From: Rotaria socialis | Lineage: Eukaryota | NCBI GenBank assembly: GCA_905331295.1 | Contig: CAJNYD010000025.1 | Coordinates: 124,001 to 188,000, forward strand | DNA: 64,000 bases | Direction of reading: 5' to 3' | In this document: positions 13,322-26,250 of the stretch, in pieces | How positions within the stretch are numbered: the first letter of the stretch is position 1 | How the letters are laid out: every line of letters begins with the position of its first letter | Position numbers and translations under genes: made by a program | The notes under the pieces: model-generated | Told to the model about the DNA's origin: nothing | The model's input: the letters and a program-made list of their open reading frames with translations, nothing else | Database searches by the model: none

Positions 13322-15388
13322 ATCTCGATCACTAAACAATAAAGACATTACATGTTTTTCTTCTTTTGTAGAGCTTCTTATAGCTCAGATTTTGATTGCG
13401 CATCGAGTCTTAAATATTTCCTCGCCAATATTGGAAATGTCATAACACTAATGAAACCAGAGTTTTGAACATATGAATGAGTGATTGTGTCTTTTTGGAA
13501 AATAGAATACTTCCTTTCAAAGTTTTGTCAATGGAGAGTCTTAAATGTTCGTAGTAGAAGGTTAAGTCTTCTATAGTTTCACTATTCTGTAAGTGCTTTC
13601 ACTAGATGGAGTTAATTATTTAATGCTAACAATAGAGCAGTTCAACTTTAGTATCCAGAGTGTGAGGAGATGTTCATCTCCGTAAAAATGCTATTGCAAT
13701 ATAGGAATCATTTTACATACAGATATATTGACTATAGAATGTTGTAAAGCATTGTGTTACAATTTATCTATCAAGTTTATTGGACAGCAAGAAAAAAAAA
13801 TCATCAAAAACAAGCATCTGCACAACGGTATTAGCTCTTCTTGATCTTGACTGACAATAAATAGGCACACATAAATGAAAGCCAATCAGTAGGAAATAAC
13901 TGAAGAGGTAGGTAGGTAGGATAGGAAATATGGCTAATGCCATGAATTCTGTACTCAGATGTCGCTGTTTGCCTGAGGATTTATTCAATGTATATATATA
14001 TATATATATTTCATACAATAAGAATAGAACAAAAAAAACAAGCCATTTCAGGTTCATATTACTTGATGCAATATTTAAACTATTTTTCATCTGGAGGCCA
14101 TCGAAGTCGAAAGTGTCCGTTAGAAAGATAAAAAAAATCATACTCCTAGATACTCATTTCTTTTGGTCGATGTTTTATCAGTATATCTATCCCATTGTGT
14201 TTCAATAATACGAATAGTACTGTAAAAACTCGATATATTTGTGCTGAACAATAATGTGTCTAGAAATAACTAAAGTATTTTTAAATTAAATGAATAGTTT
14301 GCGAGTTTGAATTCAATATTTGTTAAGCGCTCGTCGTTCACTGATTGTGTTGAGACTGTGGTTTATATGTAATTCAAGATAATAAAAAAAGAGCAGCTCC
14401 AGAAAGACTTCGAAGTCATATGACTTTTAGAAAAATATTCTATGTCATATTTTTCTTGTGATTGAATGTTTGGTAATAAATTTTTTTAAACAAATATGAG
14501 TCTAGTATTATTTAATGACTAATCCTATTTGTAGTATCAACGGATTAATTGAAATTATTGTAGTATTTGTCATCCTTCAGAGATACCTTTATGATCAGCG
14601 TTAAAATTCGATTACATATGTGTTCTGATATTATTATCACCATTTTTTTAATTTTCAATACAAATCATCGTATTTTTCATTAAAATGCTTTTGTCTCTAT
14701 TCAAAATGTATTATGTAAATGTGTTTCTTCACGCAAGGGAATGTGAGACGAGTATTTTTGAAGCTATTTTTCTTGAAGTCATGTCACAATGCCTTTCATT
14801 CGCCGAGAATTTCATATTTTAGGGAAGTTTTGATCTTAATGCAATACAAATATTTGTTTTGGTATATAAGAAGAAAAATTTGATCGTTTGCGAATGTGAG
14901 AATATATTCAAATCTATGAGTAGTCTTTTTATCCTTGTCTAAGACAGGCAGATCAATGAATGGAAACATGCCATAGTGATAGGACGACGCTAAACATCAA
15001 AACTGAAACGTCTAGTATCATATAATGAAGAAGCAATCATAAAAAGAAGTCAATAGTAAAAATAAACAAAAAATAACAAAATACGACAGCGGAATAACGT
15101 GTCACGTGGAGCGATGATGACGCGTATCGTTTGATCGCTTTACTAATTGCGAAATGCACAAGTTTTTTTGCTCTGTAGATCACCAGGCGTGTTCGTCGGA
15201 AAAGAAGTCAGCTACTGACTTTTTGAGTATATATAAATGAGCAATGTGGATGTGATCGAAACAACGAAAGTATATCAATTGACAACATTGTTTAATTCTT
15301 TATCGAAAGTGAATTATCATGAGTTTTGTTTGCACAACAATATTGCTCATCATACCGACCAATATTTACATGATAACAGATTAACTTA

Positions 15389-16579
15389 ATGTCAACAGCT
15401 ATGGAACTCTCATTACAGAGCAAAGTAATCACACCTGTTTATCAACAACAGTATGAAGGAATATGCCGCACTAAAGACAAAGAGAGCATAACTCTCATTT
15501 GTTTTGATGTAGACAATGGATTATGTGACAATATAGAGCAATTAAAAACACAACTACGTGATCCAAATGATTATATTGTCTTTCAAACTGAACTGGAATC
15601 GTGCATCACCTTTATATTCAGTCTATTGAAAAAGAAAACATTTTCTTAATTGCATTCAGCATGTCGGCTTTCGAAATCTTGCCACGCATTACTCATCTTC
15701 ATCAAGTAAACATCCTGTTTATTTTGTGCTCTCAAATAGGTTATTATGAATACAAGGTTCGGAAAAATTCGGAGATAATTCGTATTTATGATGATACGGA
15801 ATCACTGTGTTTATCCATTCAAGAACATATCGAAATTCTCAATAAAACATTACTTTCATGGAGTTTTTATGATCCAGATGAGTATAGAACAAAAGATTTA
15901 TCTAAACAATCGAGTAGTTTTCTTTGGCTTCACCTGCTACATGATGTTCTCTTAAATTAACGAGAGGATGAGCAAGCAAAAATGCAGATGAACCATGAAT
16001 GCCGCAGTTATTACCAAGGTCATGTGACGGAATTTGCGTTAATTGATGAATTTGAATTTGAATGCAATTCGCAAAAAGCCATTCGTTGGTATTTAAAACA
16101 TTCATTTCTGAGAAAGATGATCAACAAAGCAATGCGAAAAGAAGATACTAATCAAATTTCTCTAGTACCATATTTCTTGGTTGACCTTTTAGAAAATCTT
16201 AGGCGTGAACGTCAACAAATTATGGAATCTACTCAAGAAAAAGAACTTTTCTATCGACAAATGAAATTAGCAACTAGTGAACTTAATGAACCAAAAGAAA
16301 ACATAGGAAAATTGATTATGATGAAGGAATTTTTTAGAGTAAGCGATTTTCGTTTATCATCATCGACGACTACGGCAACATTTACCAGTCAACCCGAACG
16401 TTTTTCTGTACTTTTTATAATCGAATGTGATATCAAAGAGCTTGGTGATCATATTTTTTGCTGATATTACTCGATTTAATGAAATACCATATCAAAAAGA
16501 ATTTTTATTTGATGTTAATACCACATATCAATTGGAAAACATCGAACAGGATGAAGAAATATGGATTATCAAATATTAG
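15389..16579 (+). pseudogene. Decayed NAD:arginine ADP-ribosyltransferase-domain gene
   Basis: Three ORF pieces linked by frameshifts (~15615, ~16455) and a stop (15958). Motifs DLSKQSSSFLW, AIRWYLKHSFLRKMINKAMR, FYRQMKL, SVLFIIECD, FADI...YQKEFLFD match the R...S-x-S...Q/E-x-E ART layout in degenerate form. Confidence 0.7.
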
Positions 16580-17890
16580 AATGTCAATATCTATTTCTTA
16601 TGCTAAATGTTTATTCGTTCACTACTACTACCAATATCAGCATTTCCAATAGAATATATTGAGGTACTCAAAAATACAATTTCGATGATGCAGGCAAAAT
16701 CTAAATCATTTTATGTCGTATATTTTGTTCTTCGAATCAGTGTCAGACAAGATATTACTGTACTGTACACATTTTGTAGAGTTGCAACTGATCTTGTTGA
16801 TGAAGCATCTGGAAATGATGAAGCATCAGATAATATTACAATGATGACGGAATGACTTGATCTCGTCTATAGCAGCGTCGGGAAAGAGATAGAAACGGAG
16901 AATCTAACTCTGATGGAGTGGCGACAAAGAAGTTTGTCAAAGTCGATTATTTCGTTTCTTAATACTAAAAAGTCGAAAGATATTCATCGTTTTCTTGTCG
17001 AAAAAGTGCCATTTGAAGTCCGTCCATCATTTCTTCTCTTATCGACCATTGTTGATCGCATCCCACGATATCCTTTTGACGAACTATTGCAAGGTTTCAC
17101 ATGTGATCTCGAAAGTTTCACATCCATTTGCAACGATCTTGATGACAATAAAGTTCGAGGCATAGTACTAGTAAAAACTGAAGATGAACTCGTATAATAG
17201 TCGCGGTTCGTTGCTGGCTGTAATGAGGAAATGCTAGCCTGGTGCTCATATAGTAGTCAATATGATGCTGATTCCGAAGACTTAAAACAAAGAAAGGTAT
17301 TGTTTAGCAATAGCCGTGAACAATACACATGCCAAATGCACTCAAAAGCAAATAATATGGGAGCAGTCCTGCAAATTGTAAATATTTTTTTTTAATTCAG
17401 TAATAATTTATAAATTATAAATATTGCTCGTGATATTCGTGATGACGCAAAAAAGCTCGGTTGAGTCTATATACCAGCTGAATGGTTTAATGAACAGACG
17501 CTTTCACATTTCAAAACATTTAATATTGATAATGCATGCCTTGTATCTTCATGCCCGTTTCACCTGTTGAACCTATTAACTACTTGTGCACATGGATTCG
17601 ATGTGAATTTGAACTACTTTCCTTATCGAACATACACAATCCGTCTTTTAGATCTTGCCAACAGTTACTATGAGGAATCAATTGAATCAATTGGTTCCTT
17701 ACCAAAATGTGTTCGGGGAGCCATACGTGCAGAAATTGAAATTTAGAGTGAAATAGGCTCTGAAGTTTTGAATCGTGATACTGCAGAATTATCCAAAGGA
17801 CAATCATATTCAGGTTGTGGTCAGCGATTAAAAGTAGCCAACGGGCGTCGATTCTGGATTACATTAAGAGAACTCTACGAATTCAAATAA
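16580..17890 (+). pseudogene. Decayed fungal-type phytoene synthase domain (C-terminal half of a bifunctional lycopene cyclase/phytoene synthase)
   Basis: Ordered motifs KSKSFY, RQDITVLYTFCRVATDLVDE, IPRYPFDELLQGFTCDL, KTEDELV**SRFVAG, MGAVLQIV/NIARDIRDDAKKLG*VYIP, LDLANSYYEESIESIGSLPKCVRGAIRA..I*SEIG, RLKVA..RR, stop 17888-17890. Several nonsense codons. Confidence 0.85.
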
Positions 17891-20800
17891 TGGGGCATTG
17901 TGATGAAAACCAAAATATACCTGATTACACAAATAAAATCGAATGCATTATGAAGATAGGTTTCATTAACAATTGGCTAGAGAATCTGAAAAATGGAAAA
18001 AATATTCGTTCTTATCGAATTAACCGAAAAGGAGACACCTATTATGGGTTTTTATTCATTTTTTATTTCGAACCTGTCTAAACAACAATCGAGCATAAAT
18101 ATAAGTGCTAAGATGATAATAAATTATATCGCAGCGAATTTGAGAATGGGTATGGATGTGGATGAGGATGTAGCTGTGAAGATATTTATTATCTTGAGCA
18201 CTAGAATAGCTGAAAGTAAATTACCGTGTTTTGGAAGCACTGTAATGAATGACATAGTTTTTCTTTTGCATATGTTGCTAACAAAAATAAAACTTCGCAG
18301 TAAAATCGATATTTTTATCAGCTAGTAATACAAAGTCATAATGATTTCATGAAAGCAATAGAAAAGGGCCGCCTCACATGTTAAAATGTAGCGTTTGCTT
18401 CGAAGAAGTGAATAAGTTTTGCTACTTTTTCTCTTCATTCTTACGAATAAAATGCACAAATGATTTGACCCAAATAAATACATAAAAGAAACATGTATCA
18501 TACTGATTCTTAGACGCTGTTTAGTTGACAGAAAATGATATCGTACGTGTACTCATTCATCTGATGTAGACTATCGTTTTTGGTGTCATATGCTGGCAGC
18601 CAATGAACTCAGAGCTAACTCAGGTGGTTACCATGTTATATGTGATTAACTACTCGGTTCACTAATAAACTAGTTAGTTGGGATAAAATTCAATATCTAG
18701 AATGAACCATATTTGATTCGGTACTTTTCGGTTAACGATTTGTTCGCTGAAGTTGAAGTCGAGAAGGCTGAACTGATTCGCAGTAGTAACATTGTGCGTC
18801 AATAAATACTCCACTTATTTGATGTATTGGGGAGGGGGGGGCTACGTACTTGACAGCCCTGCCCACTTTTATAATAGATGATAAAAACTAATCAATTGAA
18901 ATCTAGGCTTTTCATCTTTCATATTAAAACAATTGGTTCACTCATATCGCTCATTTGAATTAAATGTTTCTATTTCATTAGGATGTTTCGTATGACGTTG
19001 ATAATAAGCCAGAACACAAATCTGTTCATAGTCATTTAAAAAATAATTCTAGATGCATGATGTTTGTATTTTGAAAATGTAGTTTATCGAAGAGTAGCTA
19101 ATTCTCTGTATGCTTTTCTTCAGAAACCAAATAGTTCAAAATCCTCAAGGATAATCTACTTATGAGAGTTTCTGGGACGTACCATTTTTATTTTACTATT
19201 AATGTTGAATGAATAGTTACCAAAAATAAACTGTTTAGTACATTGTTCTGTAGCAAAATGAACCGGGAATCTTGTGTGGAAAAAATCAGTCTGATCACGG
19301 TTAACGAAGTGCAGAAATATTAAAACTACAAATAGTCTAATTTATTCTGGAACGCCCATAACATCAAAATGTTGACACTTTTTCCAGGTATTTATTTGAG
19401 CTACTAGTTAGCTTTTATTAATTAATAAGTCTCATATGTTAGATTGATTGAACATATATTCTACTAAAATCTACTAACAATGTTCTCGCACATTCAACTA
19501 TTTAAATTTCTTTTTTTCTTTTTTACAACACTGCTGATGAATTAAGTGTTCATTTTTTGTTTCAAATATTTCTTTTTAGATTGATCTCTTTTCTACTTCC
19601 TGACTTAGTGTCAGCAAATACTTTTTGTTATTTGTGAATACAAACAAAATATTTCGTCCATATTTAGTAACTGCATATATGGAGTCTATGACAGAAAATA
19701 AATTATACAGAATTTTAGCAAACATACTAAGATAAAAATCTATTAATTTACTTTTAGAAATATTTGAATAGTTATGTGACACAAAATTTATTGGTCTATT
19801 TTATGATCTTTTGTCTATTTTCGAAAAATTATTCGTCATGTCTTACATTGTATTCATTCGAAGAGCTTTCTTAATGATACTGTAACCGCATAAATCAATT
19901 AAGAATTTATCATAAAACAAACGAAGTAAAAAATCGTAGCTAGCTATCAACCATAATTAGGTGTCGTTGGTGGAATATGTATATATCTTTGATTCTCATT
20001 CGAATCTCATCGAATAATTGATATTACAACAATAATTAGATATTGGTTCATATTCTTCATTAGTGAATCGCAATAAAAGTGCAATAAAAATTTCATTCGA
20101 ATTGCGTTGTTGAATCATAATCGTCAATTGGAATTTATCAAAATAAATTAATGTACCTCAAAAAACGATTTCCGAGAACATACGATCAACGTCATTCACA
20201 AACATTTCATTTAAATCTGAAGAATGAATTCTCTACGTTTATCATTCATTATCGAATCTATTTACTTTAAATTGAGCTCATTAATAAAATAAAACTAGCT
20301 GTAGAGCAATTAAAAATAAATTTATTGGGTGTATGACAAAAAATTAATAAAATAATTGCATACATAGAAAAAGAACTTATTTTTTTCTAAGACCACTCCA
20401 TAGGATAGTAAAAACGATAACTTTTTTTTACTGTACATATAAATGGTTAATAATGGTCGTGAAAGAAAGGAATTTCTTTAGGAGATAATGTTACTTGAAA
20501 AATGATGCCTTTATAATAAAATTGAAAATATGATGACATTATTAGCCTTTTAGCGAAAAATGACACATCAAGCAGTTCTATTCATCTTTTATTTGCTATT
20601 TTGCACAAATAAATATGTGTCTGTTTGTTATGTTATAAAATATTTTCTTAGACAGAAAGAAAGCTTTTCCACTGTTAATCCGACAGATGGAAGTATGTTT
20701 GAATATGCAACATTAATGTTTTCTGTCAAAAAAATCTGATACTCATCTATTTCGTAGTTTCTATCTTAGTTTATATGAATGTTTCATTTACTCTGGTGAT

Positions 20801-21906
20801 TTTCGTTGAGTTGATTAATCATTAGAAGAAGAAAATGTACGCGCAAAAAGCTTATTGACCAATACGTTTTAGTTCGTGCTTGTTGAACTTTTCATCACCT
20901 TTGCAATGAATGACTATAAATGAGATACATCCTGTTATAACTTCCCGACAATCTCTGACAATGATATTAATATAAATGATAGCATAACCGAGTCATTACT
21001 GCTAATGAGTAATTCACAATTTCATATGTTCTTCTGTTTTTACTTATATATTTTATGAATTATAAACGAAAACAAAATCACCATTGCTTTGATACTAAGA
21101 ATAAATTATATATCTCGATATACGTAGATATGTACTCATGAATAAATAGACTTTGTTTTTATCAAAACTAGATCAGATTACTGTAAGTATTGATTTTGGA
21201 GTCTATTTCGCGTTTTCTCTACTGTTTCTTTTTCTTTTCTTTTTGATGAAGCCTCACAAGGACCCATCAGTCTCATAGATATACATTTGCATACGTCAAA
21301 ATAGAGAAGCTCCTTTTTTTCGTTTCTATTTCTCTCTTGAGATAAGAAAAGAAGAGAAAGAGAAAGATAGACAAAACAAAATTAAATGACGACGCTGAAA
21401 AGATATCTTTCTTCCCTAACCGAAATATCACACAGTTCAGACGTTCCAATTAAAGAGGAAATATCATTTTGTGTTTATTAATGTAAGTGCGAAACAAAAC
21501 TATCTATTTTATTCATAGAACAATACTAAGACTCAACGTACTGTCAAGAAAAATTTTCTGTTGCTCTTGCCAATTTTGTATCATATTCTTTTAGATTAGT
21601 GAAATATTCAGTAAATATGCTTGTTTTAATTAGAACACTTTTAACTTTTGTTTCACTGTTTGAAGAAAAGCTTTCAAAGCTTCATATCAGTTGGGAAAGA
21701 ATATATCTATATATGTATGTATGTTAATCATTATTTCTTATTCAAATAATTCCGTTCCGTCATTTTTTTCTAGAAAATCATCAAGATGATAATTCGATAT
21801 AAAAATGATCTTCTTTTCTCTTATTCAACTATTTGTCCCATTCCATTGTTAGCTATGATTTATTTTCATCGATACCAAGTCTAGTGCCTCGAAACTACAT
21901 AGTTCA

Positions 21907-21933
21907 TAATAATAATAATAATAATAATAATAA
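21907..21933. repeat. (AAT)n microsatellite
   Basis: About 9 AAT units. Confidence 0.9.
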
Positions 21934-22261
21934 TAGAATTTTCAACTAGAGACTATTCGTTAGTGGTTGATTAGTTTACTTCATTCAATGTAGGATTGCT
22001 CATTTGTTATTACACAAAGTAATAACACAAACTATTTTTGTCCGCCTAGAAAAGAAGAGAAAAAACACTTCTTATCGTGACACGTAATCAGTGCCAATAA
22101 GAAAATAGAAATGAGATACGAGGCTATTGAAAAACAAACGGTTGACCTCGAGAATAAAAAAGACGAGAGCAATGGTGTTTGATTAGTTCATTTTTGAAAA
22201 GAAAAGAAAATTGCTAATAAAATTTTGTTTGCCATTTATTATTTCCAATGATGATCAAGAT

Positions 22262-22962
22262 ATTTCTTCTTCGTTATTCTAGACAGAATACATTTCCATT
22301 TCTATAGCAAACTAATGAAATCAGTCGAGAGAACAATGAAAAAAAGAGAAGTAAAGAAACTATTGATTTGGCCAACAAAGTCTCTCACACCTCATTCTAG
22401 TTTTCAACCGAGCTCATCACGGATCTTATAGCCGCTAGCAGTTCCGTCAGTTTTTCTTTTTCTTTTGTTAATTACTATTATTATTGTAATTGTTTTCCAT
22501 TGCTCTTCGCCTAACTACATAGTTTTGCAAAGCTAAAAAGAAAAAACATGAGAATAAAAGAGTGACTAGATAGTAGTACAAAATAATCAGTAGTGTTTCT
22601 TTTTCCTATTTTCCTCTGTTTATTATTTCGCTAACATCGCTATCACCATCGCCACTGCTATTGTTCGTTTGAAGTGATCTATTTACATTATCATCAGTCA
22701 TACTCAAACGATCAAAACGTGTAAAACTTTTTGATAGTTCATTTATAATAATTGATTATTAATGTGTGTAATCAAGCAAGTCAAGTAGGTGTNTATAAGA
22801 TCCGTGATGAGCTCGGTTGAAAACTAGAATGAGGTGTGAGAGACTTTGTTGGCCAAATCAATAGTTTCTTTACTTCTCTTTTTTTCATTGTTCTCTCGAC
22901 TGATTTCATTAGTTTGTTATAGAAATGGAAATGTATTCTGTCTAGAATAACGAAGAAGAAAT
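22262..22962. repeat. 169-bp inverted duplication (22262-22430 / 22794-22962)
   Basis: Arms are reverse complements with about 1 mismatch; the second arm starts right after an N at 22793. Confidence 0.85.
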
Positions 22963-23948
22963 CAGTAGAGAACAATATGAAGCAATGCTCGCTCTTCCTA
23001 CGCAAAAAGAAAGAGCAGATGAGCATTCGACAGCTCTTGTGCTCTATTATTTTGAAAAGAGAAACGTATCAGTGGCAAATAACATACAAGTCATGCTAAT
23101 CCCATGAGCATTTAGAAAGTAATAGTAGTAGATGAGATGACATTTTATTCTTCTTCTTTCGTGGAAAGCAATTAGTTATATTATATTCTATGTTTTTAAA
23201 TAGCATTTTATAGTTCACCTTAATTTTATGTGACATGCGTAACTATGAGCTTGTAAACTCAATGAGTGATTTCAAGGAAAAAATCTTTCAGTAATCATAA
23301 AGAAAAGTTTGAACTCATGATATATAAAATTTATGAGAATGTTAGCCACTCGAAAACGGATTCTACCAAAACTGATTGTTTATGCAACGTCACAGTTATT
23401 GATTAGATAATTTTGTAATAGATTCATTTGCTTCATTACTTTTTTTCTATTATAATATAAATATTTCAAGGTCAATTTATGATGAATAACAGAGTATTTA
23501 ATGGATTACGGCAAGCAGCTGCCAGTTTTCAGTAGAAAGACTTATGTTGATGTTTACCAATAGCTAATGGGAAATCCTTGCTCGTTGCTTTTCGTAATCT
23601 ACTTTGATAGAGAGAAAGAATTATATATATATATATAGATATATAATTCTTTTGATCCTGTAATTTAACAAAAAACAGAAACTCACTATTATATATTAAT
23701 TGTTATTAATTAGATGAAAAGACTGAATGTAAATTATTTTACGTGAACAATAACATTTTACAGTTACTTTTAACGAAAGATAAATAAAACAGTAGATATT
23801 ATGGGAGATTATTGAGAGTAGTATTGATTAAATTTTCAACGTTCGAATTCAAAATTAATTGGTAGTTAATAGTTTAACATAGAAATATGAATTTTATGTT
23901 TCTTTTTATAGACGTCAATATGAATAATATTCTTCTTTTCATACAAAA

Positions 23949-24495
23949 ATGCTGATGATTAAATGGCAAAAGTGTATTTTTATCTTTTTTCTTCTATCAA
24001 GTAAGTTTTTTTTTAAAGTATCATTTAAAACAATAAATTATTCTATTCGAATATAAATAGTTTACAAATTAAATAAAGTTCATTCAATTCACTGTTGTGT
24101 AGGTGATAACACATGCACAGCAGAATCTGTGGATTGTCCTTCAAATGTTTGTTTTAAACTAGGTGAGATCTATTTGTTTAGGATAACTTCGACGTCATTT
24201 TTCTCTTTTAGTTTTTAATAAAATATCAGAATATCGAGGATGCATGACGGATCTCATGAAGAGCTTAGGATCCCAGAATATTAACAGTCAAAATCTAGAT
24301 GAAAATAGTGGAACGCATAGTGGATCATCCAATGATCAATGTCAAAAAATAGATACACAGGGAGCTGGAATGTCTTTATGTAAATGTACTAGTAATTTAT
24401 GTAATTCATCTTCAAAATATTCTTATTTCTCATTGTCGACTTTGATTTTTATCATTTTTGTTGTGTATCTGTTTCCTTTTGTCTTTCTTTCGTAA
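23949..24495 (+). CDS. Ly6/uPAR three-finger (quiver/sleepless-like) secreted, probably GPI-anchored protein, 3 exons (23949-24000, 24061-24162, 24212-24495)
   Basis: Signal-like MLMIKWQKCIFIFFLLS; Cys pattern IHCCVG..C...C...CFK...RGC...C...CKCTSNLCN; hydrophobic C-terminal tail; GT-AG introns are phase-compatible. Confidence 0.8.
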
Positions 24496-25241
24496 TTATT
24501 TTCTGCATGAAATATACGTATTCATTATCATTTGTTCGATCTATTATTATTATTATTCGCTTTTTTGATTTTTCATCAATAATAGAATATGATTGAAAAT
24601 TTTATAACGAATTTCTGAATAATAGTTCGAAAATCTTTGTTTTTTAAAGGGTTTTATCATCACGCCAGATCTAGAATTTTCAATTGTTTTTAAAGTCAAA
24701 CTACAAGAATAGTATTAATCAATCATCGAAAGTCATTCATTAAAGGAAAGCATGCAAGTTGATCAGACACTCATCTAAAACAGCCCTGTCATTGTTACAT
24801 GTAGTCCTTATGTCGTCTTATACTTGTCATTGGATGAAAAGAATTTGAAATGATTTGGCTTCATCATCTTTTTTTCTAGTTGATTTCGTACATGATTGAC
24901 ATGCTTTGCATTTAAGAATCGTCTATTAAATACGATTATAAATCATATGAATCATTTACAAGTCTATTAAATATTGTCTTTGCCTTTCTGTTCTGTTCAA
25001 CAAATCAAGATAATTTCATATTACAAAATTATTAGAAATCAAAATATACATCAAACATTCTGTTATTATGATTAATTTTCCTTGGATTTCTCTGCTAATA
25101 GAATAAGTTATTTTAGTCGAAATCTTTATTTCGTAACTTTGACGCAAGTAGATTTTAATTCTTTTTTTCTTTGTTTGTGATTATTGTGAATGATCAACAT
25201 TAAGAATAATTTAAGTCTCTGTTGATTTAAAATGAAAACAG

Positions 25242-26250
25242 TTACTGAAACCCATGAGCAGTTGTAGTTGAATAGTCATTAAAAAAAGAGAGAACTGGAT
25301 GAATATTGGAACAATTCCAATAATCATGCTGTTTCAGCCGTGTAAACGGTCACAAGAAACTTCACTAATTGAGAACAAGAATTGTTCATGGAAGCATTGA
25401 ATCAAATCTCAAGTAATATATGAAAATGTGACTAGCATAGTCAATGCTTTTCTTGTTTTTCATTTATAGATCACAGGTTACCAACATCACCTGCAAGTAT
25501 TGTTACTCGTATTGTACGTGCTATCGACATTGACTTTGTGAGTGTTATCTTATTGAATTCTGGTTATGCATTTTTGCAAGTTGGTAGATGACAAACATGT
25601 AAATAAAAAAATGATCTAACTTTTACAGAAAACTAACTGCAATTACGAAAGAATTGTTTTTGACTATTTTTCTTTTTGCAAGACACATAAGCTTAGTATG
25701 TCTATACAAGAACTGATCAATAAATGGTCGAAAGCCATGTTATTTTTCAGCAACGCTTGATAATCCATTCATGATGATTGATTGCCATAAAGCATATAGT
25801 ATGAGGGATGCTCTCTATGTTAGAAGATTTCTTCAGATTATGTCTGTAGGAGGGCAATACTTTCAAGTATTGAATAAGATACTTATGAATGTTTTTCAAA
25901 AGAAAAAACGGTGGTTTAGATATTTACTAGGTTCGAAAGAAATATCTTATTGGAGAGTAAACCTCGAACGATATTTAATATTCATAATTGTTGAAATGTT
26001 CTGGAAGAAAAGCGAACTTTCATATTGCCATATGCTGTTGCTGAAGTAATTAATAGCTAAGTAACAGACATTGTTCATTCAAGGAGAATCTGATTGACAT
26101 GAGACTTGAAGAATATTAGCAAAAACAAGTTTAAATGAGAGATTGGATGGAATACTTGTACTAAATCCTGAAAATATGCGACTTAAAGATCGTTCTATGT
26201 TTGTAATTCAAAATTCCATGGATTTGCTCTCAATAATAAGATATCTAGGC
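25242..26250 (+). pseudogene. Decayed multi-exon gene of unknown family
   Basis: Exon-like pieces with splice sites (DHRLPTSPASIVTRIVRAIDIDFVSVILLNSGYAFLQV; RILAKTSLNERLDGILVLNP) broken by stops. Confidence 0.3.

Noticed and set aside
17891..18325. ORFs just downstream of the phytoene synthase as a possible desaturase partner
   Set aside because: No GxGxxG FAD-binding or other CrtI motif; family unrecognised.
20650..20700. Exon-like QKESFSTVNPTDG resembling an aldehyde dehydrogenase N-terminus
   Set aside because: Too short and no further ALDH exons found nearby.
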